Assembly (NCBI GenBank): GCA_002633005.1
Contig: NMRA01000026.1
Span: 193,407-257,406, forward strand
DNA length: 64,000 nt
Direction: 5' to 3'
Origin: Phoronis australis
Lineage: Eukaryota; Animalia; Phoronida
Part shown: one piece after another, positions 52,901 to 64,000 of the stretch
How positions within the stretch are numbered: position 1 is the first letter of the stretch
Layout of the letters: the number at the start of each line of letters is the position of its first letter
Notes under the pieces: generated by a model
Databases searched by the model: none
What the model was told of the DNA's origin: nothing
What the model saw: the letters and a program-made list of their open reading frames with translations, nothing else
Made by a program: the position numbers and the translations under genes

Positions 52901-54436
52901 CCCCATCCCCCTATGGTGCCCTGCCGATAATACAACGCGCTTTCCTCCAACAGTGTCAAGTACAGTGTGTACCTATGCATAAATCAACATTTACACGATC
53001 CCGTTGCCTTAGTTTCAACAAGGAAACAGAAGATTTCAGTGACATTATCCACGAGTCCCAACGTTTGGCGTCTTGTTTCAGCGCGAGCGGACTGGCCACG
53101 TGCGGATTAAGGAGATGACTGACAGTAACATTCGTTAACTCTGGCAATTGATTAAACCAACATTACCTGCAATATAATGACAAAGAAAACTTCTAATAAG
53201 CTGGAAAGTGCCGCAAAATTGGACCGCCTTTTCACGTAATACACAAACAGTATAATTAATTATAGAATACTGATATTTCGGTGTATTTGGAATTCCAAAC
53301 TTGATCCATTGATTCACAATGTAAATACAAAATGTGAAGGACGCCCGCCGGTTTGTAGAGCTATCAATAGGAACAAGCGAACTTGGAGGAAAGCGACAGC
53401 ATTGACTGATGTTTTGAAAGTAATTGTCCAACTTGTCAGCATTTTTTCACTACTATTTGTCAGAATATAGGGACTTTAACTGCCACGTCCGCCTCCCCAC
53501 CTGACGCATCTATGCTGCTATGAGGTTCTGTCAATGTTGGCTTTCAATAGCTATGAATATTAAACGACTTACTGTTAAAAAGGTAGATTCGTGTATCCCG
53601 TTACAATCTCCAAACGTTCTCTGGAGTTTCTGTTCTAAATTCCCACGGCCTTCTTTCTGATACGTTTCCAGTCCCTCCCATATAATTGCTATAATTACAC
53701 TGTCTATTATGAGTAAAAAACTGTTTGTAAACGTACATGTATAAGTACCTGTGTGAGGCAAAATAGAAGCACGGAGCCCTCTTTGGAAGCCAGTCCGCCA
53801 TTGAATTGTCCAATGTACACAATGCACTTGACCACCGGGGTCAATTAACCTTACATCTACCGGTAAGTCCTCCTTTTACACACAAATTACATTCTCAGTC
53901 CATCGCCTTCAGGAAAGTAAGCGCACTCTTCATAATAAAGTTGTGGCGTAAACATCCGTTGGGGTTCTTTAGTCTATTTGCAGGTAGATTAAAAAGACGA
54001 TTAAACAATAAATTTTTTCACAAAGTGTTGTTTGAAGCGTTTTCCAATGGTACTCTGTATGTGCTCTCATTCATACCCGTCAACAGTTGACAGATGATTG
54101 ACAGGTAAGCACGCTATCGCGAACTACGCTAACCCTTTGAGGTAAAAGTAACAAGTTACCTATTAACCACTTCACTGCCCCCCGCTCCCTCCCCCTCCCC
54201 CCTGCTCACTGGTTCACAAGACAAACCTTCGATTCAGTTTACCGTTATCATTAACTTGGAATAGAAAAAGGCAATTTCAATAGAAAAAAATAGGAAAAAC
54301 CGGGGCTGATGACGGACCCACTAGACGGTCCACGGACAAGTCTCCGTGATATCCAACTCCTTTCAGGACCAAGCTGCGGAATCGCAAGTTGGTACGTCTA
54401 TCATTGCTTCAAATTAGACAACTTATCGTCAAATAT
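49999..54436. repeat. Tandem duplication (49999-52260 / 52262-54436) around a single N; probable haplotype artefact
   Basis: Colinear copies. Copy 1 has about 70 extra bp at 50866-50938, bounded by AGT microhomology. Confidence 0.9.
50515..50669 (+). mobile_element. Pair of tiny hairpin MITEs (15530 family); duplicate at about 52779-52929
   Basis: CATGGGCGGCGCAGCAATGAAATAAGTGGGGGG...TGCGCTTCCCATG followed directly by a second unit. Confidence 0.75.
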
Positions 54437-54518
54437 CTGTCGACCCTTTTCCTACATCTACTTTTCACTTAACTCCTGAAGTTGTTACCCAGTTGTAAAA
54501 CTATGCTAAAATAACCTC

Positions 54519-56143
54519 GGAAAAATTCCTAAATAACAATGTCCCGTGTCTTATTCGTTTTTCTATCCCCTGGGAACTTGACCTTTGGCAAATTTAGCTT
54601 TACTCTCAGATTTTACTGTAAGACCGAATGCTGGTCAGAAAGTAGCCTACACGCATGTCCTATGATTTTTTGGCTTGCCACAAACTCAAGTCATGGTGCC
54701 CCCCCCCCAGCCTTGTAGGGCCCCTCGGCTTAAGCATCGACACCCTCATGGTTAAACATCCAATGCTTGAATCTCTAAATGCCTCCGAAATTGCACTCAG
54801 TTGCACTTAAAATGTCGACAGAGGCGCTGTGCACAATATGAATATAGGCCTAAAGAGTAGAAGAGTGGCATGCTCAGATATATAACAATACATGTCTCAA
54901 CTGGATCTTGATAAAAAACAAAAAAATATTAAAAATCGACGCTAGACTTTGCTAAATACAAGGCTGTGAGATTAAGAGATTTTGCCGAGGTAAATTTTAG
55001 CGTTACTGAACTCTGGCCGGGTTTTGGCCTATGACTGAATAGTCATTAAAAAGACTTTCCATCCAGTTTTGTGAAACAAAAAATGCTCAAGTTTGGCGGA
55101 AAATTAGAAAACTCCTTTCAAAGTTTTGCTAAACAGGCAAGCGTTACCTACGCTTTAAGCTAATTACATGGCAACTGTGGGGAAATAGCACCCAGCAGGA
55201 ACCGGAACATGCAATTTGTGACAAAGGAGTATGGAATTTAGTTGATTCCTGCTTTTATCTGGAAAGACTGACGCCAATGCTGCATTAGCAGATGACAGAG
55301 CCAGGGTTAGTCGAAATCATCAAAACAGGGTTNGGAAAAATTCCTAAATAACAATGTCCCGTGTCTTATTCGTTTTTCTATCCCCTGGGAACTTGACCTT
55401 TGGCGAATTTAGCTTTACTGTCAGATTTTACTGTAAGACCGAATGCTGGTCAGAAAGTATCCTACACGCATGTCCTACGACTTTTTGGCTTGCCACAAAC
55501 TCAGATCATGGTGCCCCCCAGCCTTGTAGGGCCCCTCGGCTTAAGCATCGACACCCTCATGGTTAAACATCCAATGCTTGAATCTCCAAATGCCTCCGAA
55601 ATTGCACTCAGTTGCACTTAAAATGCCGACAGAGGCGCTGTGCACAATATGAATATAGGCCTAAACAGTACAGGAGTGGCATGCTCAGATATATAACAAT
55701 ACATGTCTCCACTGGATCTTGATAAAAAACAAAAAAATATTAAAAATCGACGCTAGACTTTGCTAAATACAAGGCTGTGAGATTAAGAGATTTTGCCGAG
55801 GTAAATTTTAGCGTTACTGAACTCTGGCCGGGTTTTGGCCTATGACTGAATAGTCATTAAAAAGACTTTCCATCCAGTTTTGTGAAACAAAAAATGCTCA
55901 AGTTTGGCGGAAAATTAGAAAACTCCTTTCAAAGTTTTGCTAAACAGGCAAGCGTTACCTACGCTTTAAGCTAATTACATGGCAACTGTGGGGAAATAGC
56001 ACCCAGCAGGAACCGGAACATGCAATTTGTGACAAAGGAGTATGGAATTTAGTTGATTCCTGCTTTTATCTGGAAAGACTGACGCCAATGCTGCATTAGC
56101 AGATGACAGAGCCAGGATTAGTCGAAATCATCAAAACAGGGTT
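54519..56143. repeat. Tandem duplication (54519-55332 / 55334-56143) around a single N; probable haplotype artefact
   Basis: Colinear near-identical copies either side of n55333. Confidence 0.9.
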
Positions 56144-56523
56144 TAGTATCCTTTTAAGTTTAGAAACAAGAGCATATAGATGAACTCTTATCAAATACAT
56201 CAGCACGCTGTGCACGCCGCGTATTTCTAAGCGGATCATTTGTTCATACTGATAACACCCCCTTATTCTTTACTGAAACGTGCCCACAAACATCCCATTA
56301 CCTGAACATGGTCCAGGCATTTGACTTTTCTGGGAGTGTTTGCTAAGCAAACAAGACCGAGCCCCAAATCACGCACAACACAACACAACAACACTCGAGT
56401 TCCTTGCCAATTGAATGCAAGTCTGTACGGAGCATCAGAAAATTTAGAAAATTGTATATTAAACACAGCGCTATCAGTGCATGTATAGCCTTGGAACTAG
56501 TCAAAACATTGAGCGCATCAGCA

Positions 56524-56648
56524 CGTGGGCGGCACAACACTGAAATAAGTGGGAGGGGAGCTGCCGTAGCTCCCCCAGCCCCCTACGACCCGCCGCCCAT
56601 GGAGTCCATGGGAAGCGCAGCACTTACAAATATGGTGCGCTATCCATG
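56524..56648 (+). mobile_element. Pair of tiny hairpin MITEs (15530 family)
   Basis: CGTGGGCGGCACAACACTGAAATAAGTGGG...CGCCGCCCATG, spacer GAGTC, then CATGGGAAGCGCAGCAC...TGCGCTATCCATG. Confidence 0.7.
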
Positions 56649-57799
56649 TAGCATGGTGTGTTTTCCTTTCACAAGATCTCAGGATTAGTGACATCAAGGT
56701 CTGTTACATGTATATCATACCCACATGACCTCTGTTCGGTTACTACACAGAATTAAATATTAATTCGAAAACGTAGATATTATTCAGGTCAGTCGATAGG
56801 CGTCACACTCCAGCGAATAAAAACAAAAGATGAGGTAGATAAGAACAGAATACTAGTGAATGACGCGCACAGTGGGGTTTGCGATTTTCTACTATACACG
56901 CCGGAGCACAAACACCTTTTATCAATGAACCAGGAACGCACACAGGCACGTGACTTAGGTCTACGACAGTGATGGTATAGAAAAATTACTGCATCAAAAC
57001 TGTACTGATGGTCCACACCAGTTAACTATTCATTGTCACCAAGACAGTAGTATGATTTATAGTATATTCAACCATTAAAGCAATTGTTTTTCGTAGACTA
57101 TGTAAAATCCTTCGATTACGGGGCCATGATCAAACTCGTGCATCTGATAAAATCACCCCGAAAAATGACCAGGTGGCTAAAGATTGTCAAAAGCCAGATG
57201 GACAAGTCACACAAAAGGCCAAACCCATTCGGGCCACTCCTGGTGATTCAAAAGACTACGTCTATTACACCCAACAACAGTGCCTGTTACCGTTTTGCTT
57301 ACAAATAAATAGACATCGTTTGTCAACAAAACAGCATATCGACCAGAGATAGAGTTACCGTGAAATATGTCGGCACGATTACTTCAGTGTTATTGAGTTA
57401 GATGTACTCACCGTCTTGTCAATTTTTAACTTTTAAATACAGTTGCTATCCGGACGGACTTGTGGCCAATACAAACACCTGGCTATACTATGGTTCAAAT
57501 ACAAGGGACACAGGGCGGAGGTCCTTTTACTATGTTGAGTAATCTTAACCTCGCACAGTATTGATTCGAGTTTGTATAAGACTCGAACTGTAACAATGGC
57601 CTGAATTGCACCTGTATAGAGAGCTCCTGGTGGCGACATCGCTGACTAATTTAGATGGCATCTGAGGGCGAGGCCCTGACCTACATGTAGTTGTGAAGAG
57701 CCCGATATTTCGTTGTGAAATGATTTATTAAGGACCTGGTAATGATTTAGTTTTTGGGTCGGGCTTTTAAGCACCTCAGAAGCACATGTTGCTATGACT

Positions 57800-58010
57800 T
57801 ATCATTTTTCATTATCATTACCATTTACCATTACTACTATCATTTGTTGTTATTGTTGTTGTAATCATAATCATTATTATTGTTGATGTTTATAACATAA
57901 GTATAATAACGATTCTCATTAATCGTTATAACTATTATTAAGATTGTCCTTATTATTACCACTCTTAATATCATTGTCGTATTTTGGTTATTTTATATTT
58001 ATTATAGCAA
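57800..58010. repeat. Degenerate (ATT/ATC/GTT)n low-complexity tract, followed by poly-G at about 58071-58097
   Basis: Direct reading of the sequence. Confidence 0.7.
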
Positions 58011-58391
58011 CAAGGATTCCAGGAGTGAACATAAGTTGTTACGCGGGACAAATGAAAACACCCCCACACCGGGGGGGGGGGGGGNGGGGGGGGGGGAGTT
58101 ACGCTCAAAGTTTCTCTAATGCTGTCACCAATGCTTTATTTGTAACATTATTTTTCCGTTTCACTCCCAGCCAAATCCAGTTTCCCGCTACTTTTATGGG
58201 ACTCAACCCATGATGACATTTCCATGAGAAACAGGGACGAGCCTATTTGAAGGAAGGGGGGTCAGGGGCCATGGTGACGGGGAAGGGGTAGGTCTAACCG
58301 AGTATTGTCTAAATGGCCATATGACCTACGGGTATTTATGTTCGGATTGTGCACTCTCGTTTATCTCTTGCTCAGGCCCTCTTGGGTGGCC

Positions 58392-58405
58392 GTTGCCATG
58401 GAAAC
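58392..58405. promoter_or_regulatory. RFX X-box
   Basis: GTTGCCATGGAAAC matches the canonical 14-bp X-box. Confidence 0.5.
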
Positions 58406-60756
58406 TTTGAACGGAATTTTTGCGCAATTAAATGTACGTTTGACAGACACAGATTTAAGACCGTCCCCAATTCCTTTATGAATGTGCAATGAGCACGTGA
58501 CCTGAGGATACTGGCTTGGTTTGAACGTGATTGGCCCCAAAAACCAACACAACCCAATATAAATTTTAAGTTAAAATAATCCACTTATTTTTAATAACAC
58601 TTGCTCTTGTTAGAAACGTTGATTGGCGTTTGACCGCCCTTTTGACAAAATTTCACTGAGGCATCGGCTTGGTATCGATTACTGCTAACTGAGCTGCTTT
58701 CGTTGTGATGCTTTCTACGAAAAAACCACCAAAACCGCTCCATTCACCCGACCAACAGTGACGCCATCTTTGCGCAAAGAATACAGTGGTCTGTGGTCAA
58801 GTTCCGACAAGATCCACGAATTGCTTACCTTTTTTTGATTTGGACTGGTATACTCTCTAGAAGTGGAGGTCGATAACACCAGCGGTCGCGGCCATGACTC
58901 CTGCCCGTGGTACTGCATTCCATTTGTAGGAGGCACGTGCCTAATTCTTCTATTAGAGGAATACTGTTTCGCTGTCCCATTACGCATAATGCTTGTGGCG
59001 AAGTCTACGTTGTCAAACAACAATGGATGATTTGCAGAAATAATAATTTCACATGCACAGCAATGTGCAATAAATAATGTCATGAACCGGTCACTCTTTT
59101 GAGAGAAAAGTCATGACCCGGTTGTCTTAACAACAGTTTGTAAAAAGACACTGCCGAGTAGAGCAGAAATAATCTTCTTCCAGCGGTCTAATGGTGAAGT
59201 ATCTACGCCATTACTGAGCAGAAATCAAAGGAACGCCACGTTTACACACTCTCACGAGGGCAAGACAAAATCAGTACCGGTATAAAAAAAACAATTTACG
59301 CCCAAATTTCAATCGCTTCCAAACCAGATTCAGCGAAACCACATCAAGCAGTGGCTAAACACACCTGGCGCTATCCCACAAGGGCGCTGAGAAATTATCA
59401 AAATACTGTAAACTCCTGGTCTTTCGTCGTTACAACTTGTGTCATATCATAGAAACATGAGATGACAATGGCATCGTGGACCTCCTGTTAAGTCGACGGC
59501 TGTATTTATGCTCGTTTCATTGTTCCCAGTAACAACAGTTTGTTAAATTAACGTCTTCCAACGTACACAAACCAGCTGTCGTAATTTTTCTACCTGAATA
59601 TCGATCGACATCACGGTTTGTACAGAAATTGCAGTGGGATCGTCTTGTCAACTGCCGCTTGGCGTCGCTGTGAAGGCGTTGGGATTCAGTTGTAGATTGC
59701 TGCATGGGGCGAGGGGGGTTAAACGGAGTACGACACGAAAGCCGGGGAGAGAGAGCACTTCGTCAAAAGAGGCACACCACTCTTTCACGACCAGTTTACT
59801 TGAACTAAAAAGCTGTCTTGTAGATAAAATACCCAAAAATGGTTCACTTCGGTTGTTCGAAGCTAGACTCGTGATTTCAATAATGTTTATATTTTACCGC
59901 TAACCTTTGTTGTAACGGTTGCGCTACCAGCACTAATTTGTGACAACCTGGCACCTCTTCTTTACCTGTTTCTGAATTAATTGGCAAATATCAGCTGTTC
60001 AATATTTTGTTATTGCTTGAGCCAGGCTGACGCGGACTGGATGAATAATAAACAATTAGGTCAAGCCAAGTTATTTTAATAACTTAAAAAACGCCATCTC
60101 GTGAGCAAATTCATTGTCAGTTCTTCCCACGACCAGGAATCGCTTTAACCTGGGAAATCAACAATGTCAGGTAAATGTCATTTGTTAAGAGGACTAAACT
60201 TGAGGTCAATTTCTTGCACTGATAACACTCCTCCCATAAAAGGTGAAACTAGTTTTGTTATTTGCGGGAAGGAGTCAAACGTATAATTTGTCCAACTTCC
60301 TGAAATCCATTGAGACTATGTGTGTAGAGATTGGCGTGACATGCATGCATGCGCATTTGATTTCAGTGTCAGCAATGTAAATTACAACTGAAGACTTTTT
60401 ACCCAATTTGACATGTTTCACTTAACATCAAAGTAAAAGGTATCATGAGACTTTTTAGTTGATTCCATAAAAATAAAAGTTATAAAAACAGCACTTCATC
60501 AAACCGGAAGTGGTGATTCACGGGATCACTTGGTAAGTGATGACACCATCAACCATCAGAGTAAAGCCGTGATCCCCGCTTTCCGTTCACTAGGCTTTCA
60601 ATTCTGATTACTGGGAGAGATGGGCGACAGGCCGGGACACAAATTTTCTGTCATATCTTCGACAAAACAATAAAATTGCCTTTGTCTTGAGGAATGATGC
60701 CAGAAATCCGGACCAAATAACAGCAGTCCAGTCCGTTAGTCACACAGAGTTTGCAG

Positions 60757-60806
60757 GGGCGGAGCCACAACATGAGTGGGCGGAGCCACGACATGAGTGG
60801 GCGGAG
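60757..60806 (+). repeat. 21-bp tandem repeat carrying three GC boxes
   Basis: GGGCGGAGCCAC(A/G)ACATGAGT twice, then GGGCGGAG. Confidence 0.8.
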
Positions 60807-62217
60807 TCCGATGATTTTTATCACATTTACTTCAGGTCCCTTTAAGGTCAAATCAACTAGTAATCTTGCGCTTGGATAAAAAGAATTTTTGCTCCACTTT
60901 ATTATTTCGTTTGGACATTTTCGACCCCGACGACAGTTGGTTGTTCCGAGTTGTTGAATAAGTCAAAGGCCCAAACAATTTGTGTGCCACCCATGCAAGC
61001 AAATATTTTCTAAAGAACCCAACTACACAACTCACAACGTCATATCTTAACAAACAATGAAGTGATCTTTGGCCTTAGTAACCATATTTTCGGCGTAGCT
61101 GCTGATGTTAGGGATACGTCGTTGCTCCAGCTTTGTTTTTTACTTTCTGTTCTTTTTCTGCTAAACTGGTTTCAGAAATTGTGTCGTGACATGAGTCGAA
61201 TTTTACCACCATAGGAAAATCATCTAATCATTCATTGCCCTCGGCTATGAAGAGGAAATATTTGAAAGACTGTGGAGGACCTAAGTCATTGATTGAAAGT
61301 CTAAAGCTTCGGCCAGATCTTTTGTTCTTCGGCAATTTTTTGCCAGGCAGTGTGAAAAGATTTACCAAATTGGGCTTGCGGCTATCTGATGCTCAATTCT
61401 GGAACAATTTCGTTTATCTATCGCAAGATGGCGCCATTGCTATGTCACATTTTTCATGATCATGCCCATCAACATTACAGCAAAACCGACACGATTTTCA
61501 AAGCCTTTTTTCCAGAAATGAAGATGTTCTTATTTGATTTGCGCCAGATACAGAATATAACAATCGACTTACTCAATACATACATGTACACGTGTGCTTC
61601 TATGACGAGATCATTTCAGCTCGCCCTCAAAAAAATGGAGACCTGTCATTCCTTAATTTGAAGCTTGTTCAATACTTTTATTTTCTCACAGACAATATTC
61701 AGCGCGTAACTACTGGAGCGAGTTGAAACGTTACCACGGCAACGGCCTTGAACGATGTCGCCCATCTTATCGAATGAAACAATGTCTCTTCTATTTCTGC
61801 ACAGAACACACCGCATGGATAAACATCAATGAAATGAAAATGACACCAGAACAACGCTAAATAAAGGTCAGAGTCAAAGGTCAAGACAAAAGGTGAAGAG
61901 TCTATAAGAAAGCGCCATTTCAAAACTCTCAAATTTGGATTAGTATTAGTATTTTGATGAACGTCTTTGCCCAGCTCATTCCCACCTATCATTTTCTCTC
62001 TGTGCCCAGCTAATGCGACGCTTAGGGGTGAAGAGTTACCCCAGCTTACGGGGGGGATCTTATCCCCGACGCCCTTCCACAAGTTACGCCGCCCACAGGC
62101 CCTTATATATACTCAACCGTTTTCCTGAGTGAAGATATCATGACATCCCCTTGGCGTTTTAATAATACCGAATGATTGAACTACAAGGTCATAGATAGAG
62201 CGCCAAGTGAGAGATAA

Positions 62218-62946
62218 GATGTGCAATAACCAAATTAATTTGTAGAGACGATGTACATGTACTTGGTTTACCCGAGTCGTGTCACAAAATGATTTTCAAC
62301 AGGTGAGGAAGAGCGGACGCATGGAGCTCTTTTACAGTATCTGAGCATGCGCACTTTTCGCCGTTGCTACCTACTGTAACAAAACCAATAGTCGTAGACA
62401 GCCTAAACCAGTGGAGGGAGACCAGAGCTAATCGACTTTGCAAAAGTGAGTACTTAGCACACAAGAGGATAATAAGACTTTCACGCTACACAGTATGAAA
62501 AGTGGAGGAGTGAAATATGTTAGCATTTCCTGAGCTAGTCCAAAATCGTAGAATCTCTTTATTTGATACCCAAAGCCATCCNGATGTGCAATAACCAAAT
62601 TAATTTGTAGAGACGATGTACTTGGTTTACCCGAGTTGTGTCGTGTCACAAAATGATTTTCAACAGGTGAGGAAGAGCGGACGCATGGAGCTCTTTTACA
62701 GTATCTGAGCATGCGCACTTTTCGCCGTTGCTACCTACTGTAACAAAACCAATAGTCGTAGACAGCCTAAACCAGTGGAGGGAGACCAGAGCTAATCGAC
62801 TTTGCAAAAGTGAGTACTTAGCACACAAGAGGATAATAAGACTTTCACGCTACACAGTATGAAAAGTGGAGGAGTGAAATATGTTAGCATTTCCTGAGCT
62901 AGTCCAAAATCGTAGAATCTCTTTATTTGATACCCAAAGCCATCCC
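62218..62946. repeat. Tandem duplication (62218-62581 / 62583-62946) around a single N; probable haplotype artefact
   Basis: Colinear near-identical copies either side of n62582. Confidence 0.9.
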
Positions 62947-63677
62947 TTTATTTCGAAGGTGTTAATGACCGGTGCTTAGGTACTACCTAAAACGCCATTC
63001 ACTGAAGGATCAATATTTAAGTGTTTGCACGTCCTAGATATTGCTGTGATTCCTGACTTTGTTAGTTACATTTTGTTTACAATCATCAGTTGAGGAGTGT
63101 GTAACATCGATCGGTAAAACCGTATCGGCCAGTGCATGTGAGAAATAGTTTCTACTGACGTACGTGTGCATGTCATGTAACGACGTAGATATTAAAGTAT
63201 AGAAAATATACGATATATCTTTACTGTTGTGCTACTAAGCGTGTTTGATTCCAGTGTTACAAAAAGGCAAAATGTACGCCTACTAAGACCAAACTAGCGA
63301 GAATAACTTAACGGGAATCTACTTAGACAGCGTAGAAGTCCGCAGTCATTTGTTAGTGCGAGGTTGTATAAATATGCATTATTGCCGTTGCACAAACATT
63401 ATGTTCGACACTATTGAATGGTCTTTACACCCAGACCGTTGAAAAAGCTCATAAATAAAAGTTTATTGTAAAGGAACCAGTTCTATAGGGACAGGGTTTT
63501 TATAGCGGTGTCTGTAATGTATGCATTGGAGAAGCTGTTAACGTGGTGCGGTTTGCTTGCTCACGATTATAAGTATCATACAGTGTTTTGATATTACGCA
63601 TGCTATGTAACTGAACCTAATGTCCGAGTGAATCAGGTCTAATACACACGTGACGAAAAGATACGTGTCTATTACAG

Positions 63678-64000
63678 ATGGCTCAAGTGGTGGTCGTATT
63701 TGGTGCCGATGGTGAACAGGGGAGCTCAGTTGCACGTGCACTCGTTAGCAATTCCTCGTTCAAAGTGCGTGCGGTGGTGAACAACCCGAACACCTCACGT
63801 GCGAAAGAAACACAACAGCAAGGCGGGGTAGAAATCGTGCAAGCCGACTTGAACAATCTTTCCAATTTAGTCAGTGTATTAAATGGTGCATATGGCTGTT
63901 ACGTTGTAACCGAAACAGACTTTAGCAAACCGATGGCTCACGAGATTCAACAAGGGCGAATTGTGGCGGATGCGTGCGCCCGTGCACACGTGCAGCACGT
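63678..64000 (+). CDS. NMRAL1: NmrA-like family domain-containing protein (NMRAL1/HSCARG-like), 5' part running off the window
   Basis: MAQVVVVFGADGEQGSSVARALVSNSSFKVRAVVNNPNTSRAKETQQQGGVEIVQADLNNLSNLVSVLNGAYGCYVVTETDFSKPMAHEIQQGRIVADACARAHVQH is colinear with the NMRAL1 pattern VVVFGGTGAQGGSVA..FKVRVVTRNP..GAEVVQGD..LNGAYATFIVTN..EVKQGKLLAD. The ATG follows an acceptor-like TATTACAG, and TATAAATA lies at 63367. The symbol marks the family; orthology is not established. Confidence 0.92.
   Translation, partial: MAQVVVVFGADGEQGSSVARALVSNSSFKVRAVVNNPNTSRAKETQQQGGVEIVQADLNNLSNLVSVLNGAYGCYVVTETDFSKPMAHEIQQGRIVADACARAHVQH

Overview
Eukaryotic (animal) genomic DNA, AT-rich, gene-sparse and repeat-rich. 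The repeat types and frequent TACATGTA motifs suggest a marine invertebrate, but this is inference. Two protein families are recognisable. One is a spliced CD225/dispanin (IFITM/PRRT-like) gene on the minus strand at about 41.8-43.0 kb. The other is the 5' part of an NmrA-like (NMRAL1/HSCARG) gene from 63.7 kb to the window end, which the ORF track missed. Four more ORFs (8.3, 28.1 and 33.9 kb on +; 44.5 kb on -) have splice signals and look like real exons of unrecognised, low-complexity proteins. The rest is decayed LINE fragments, several MITE, Helentron-like and tRNA-derived repeats, and minisatellites. About 8 kb is near-identical tandem duplication around single-N joins, most likely two haplotypes assembled side by side; these reveal allelic indels, including one MITE presence/absence. 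There are no rRNA, intact tRNA or CRISPR features. I cannot demonstrate a new biological system. The best leads are the exon architecture of the + strand orphan locus (8-35 kb), the tight orphan-ORF/CD225 arrangement, and substitutions in the NmrA cofactor site. All gene models were read by eye and need RNA evidence.
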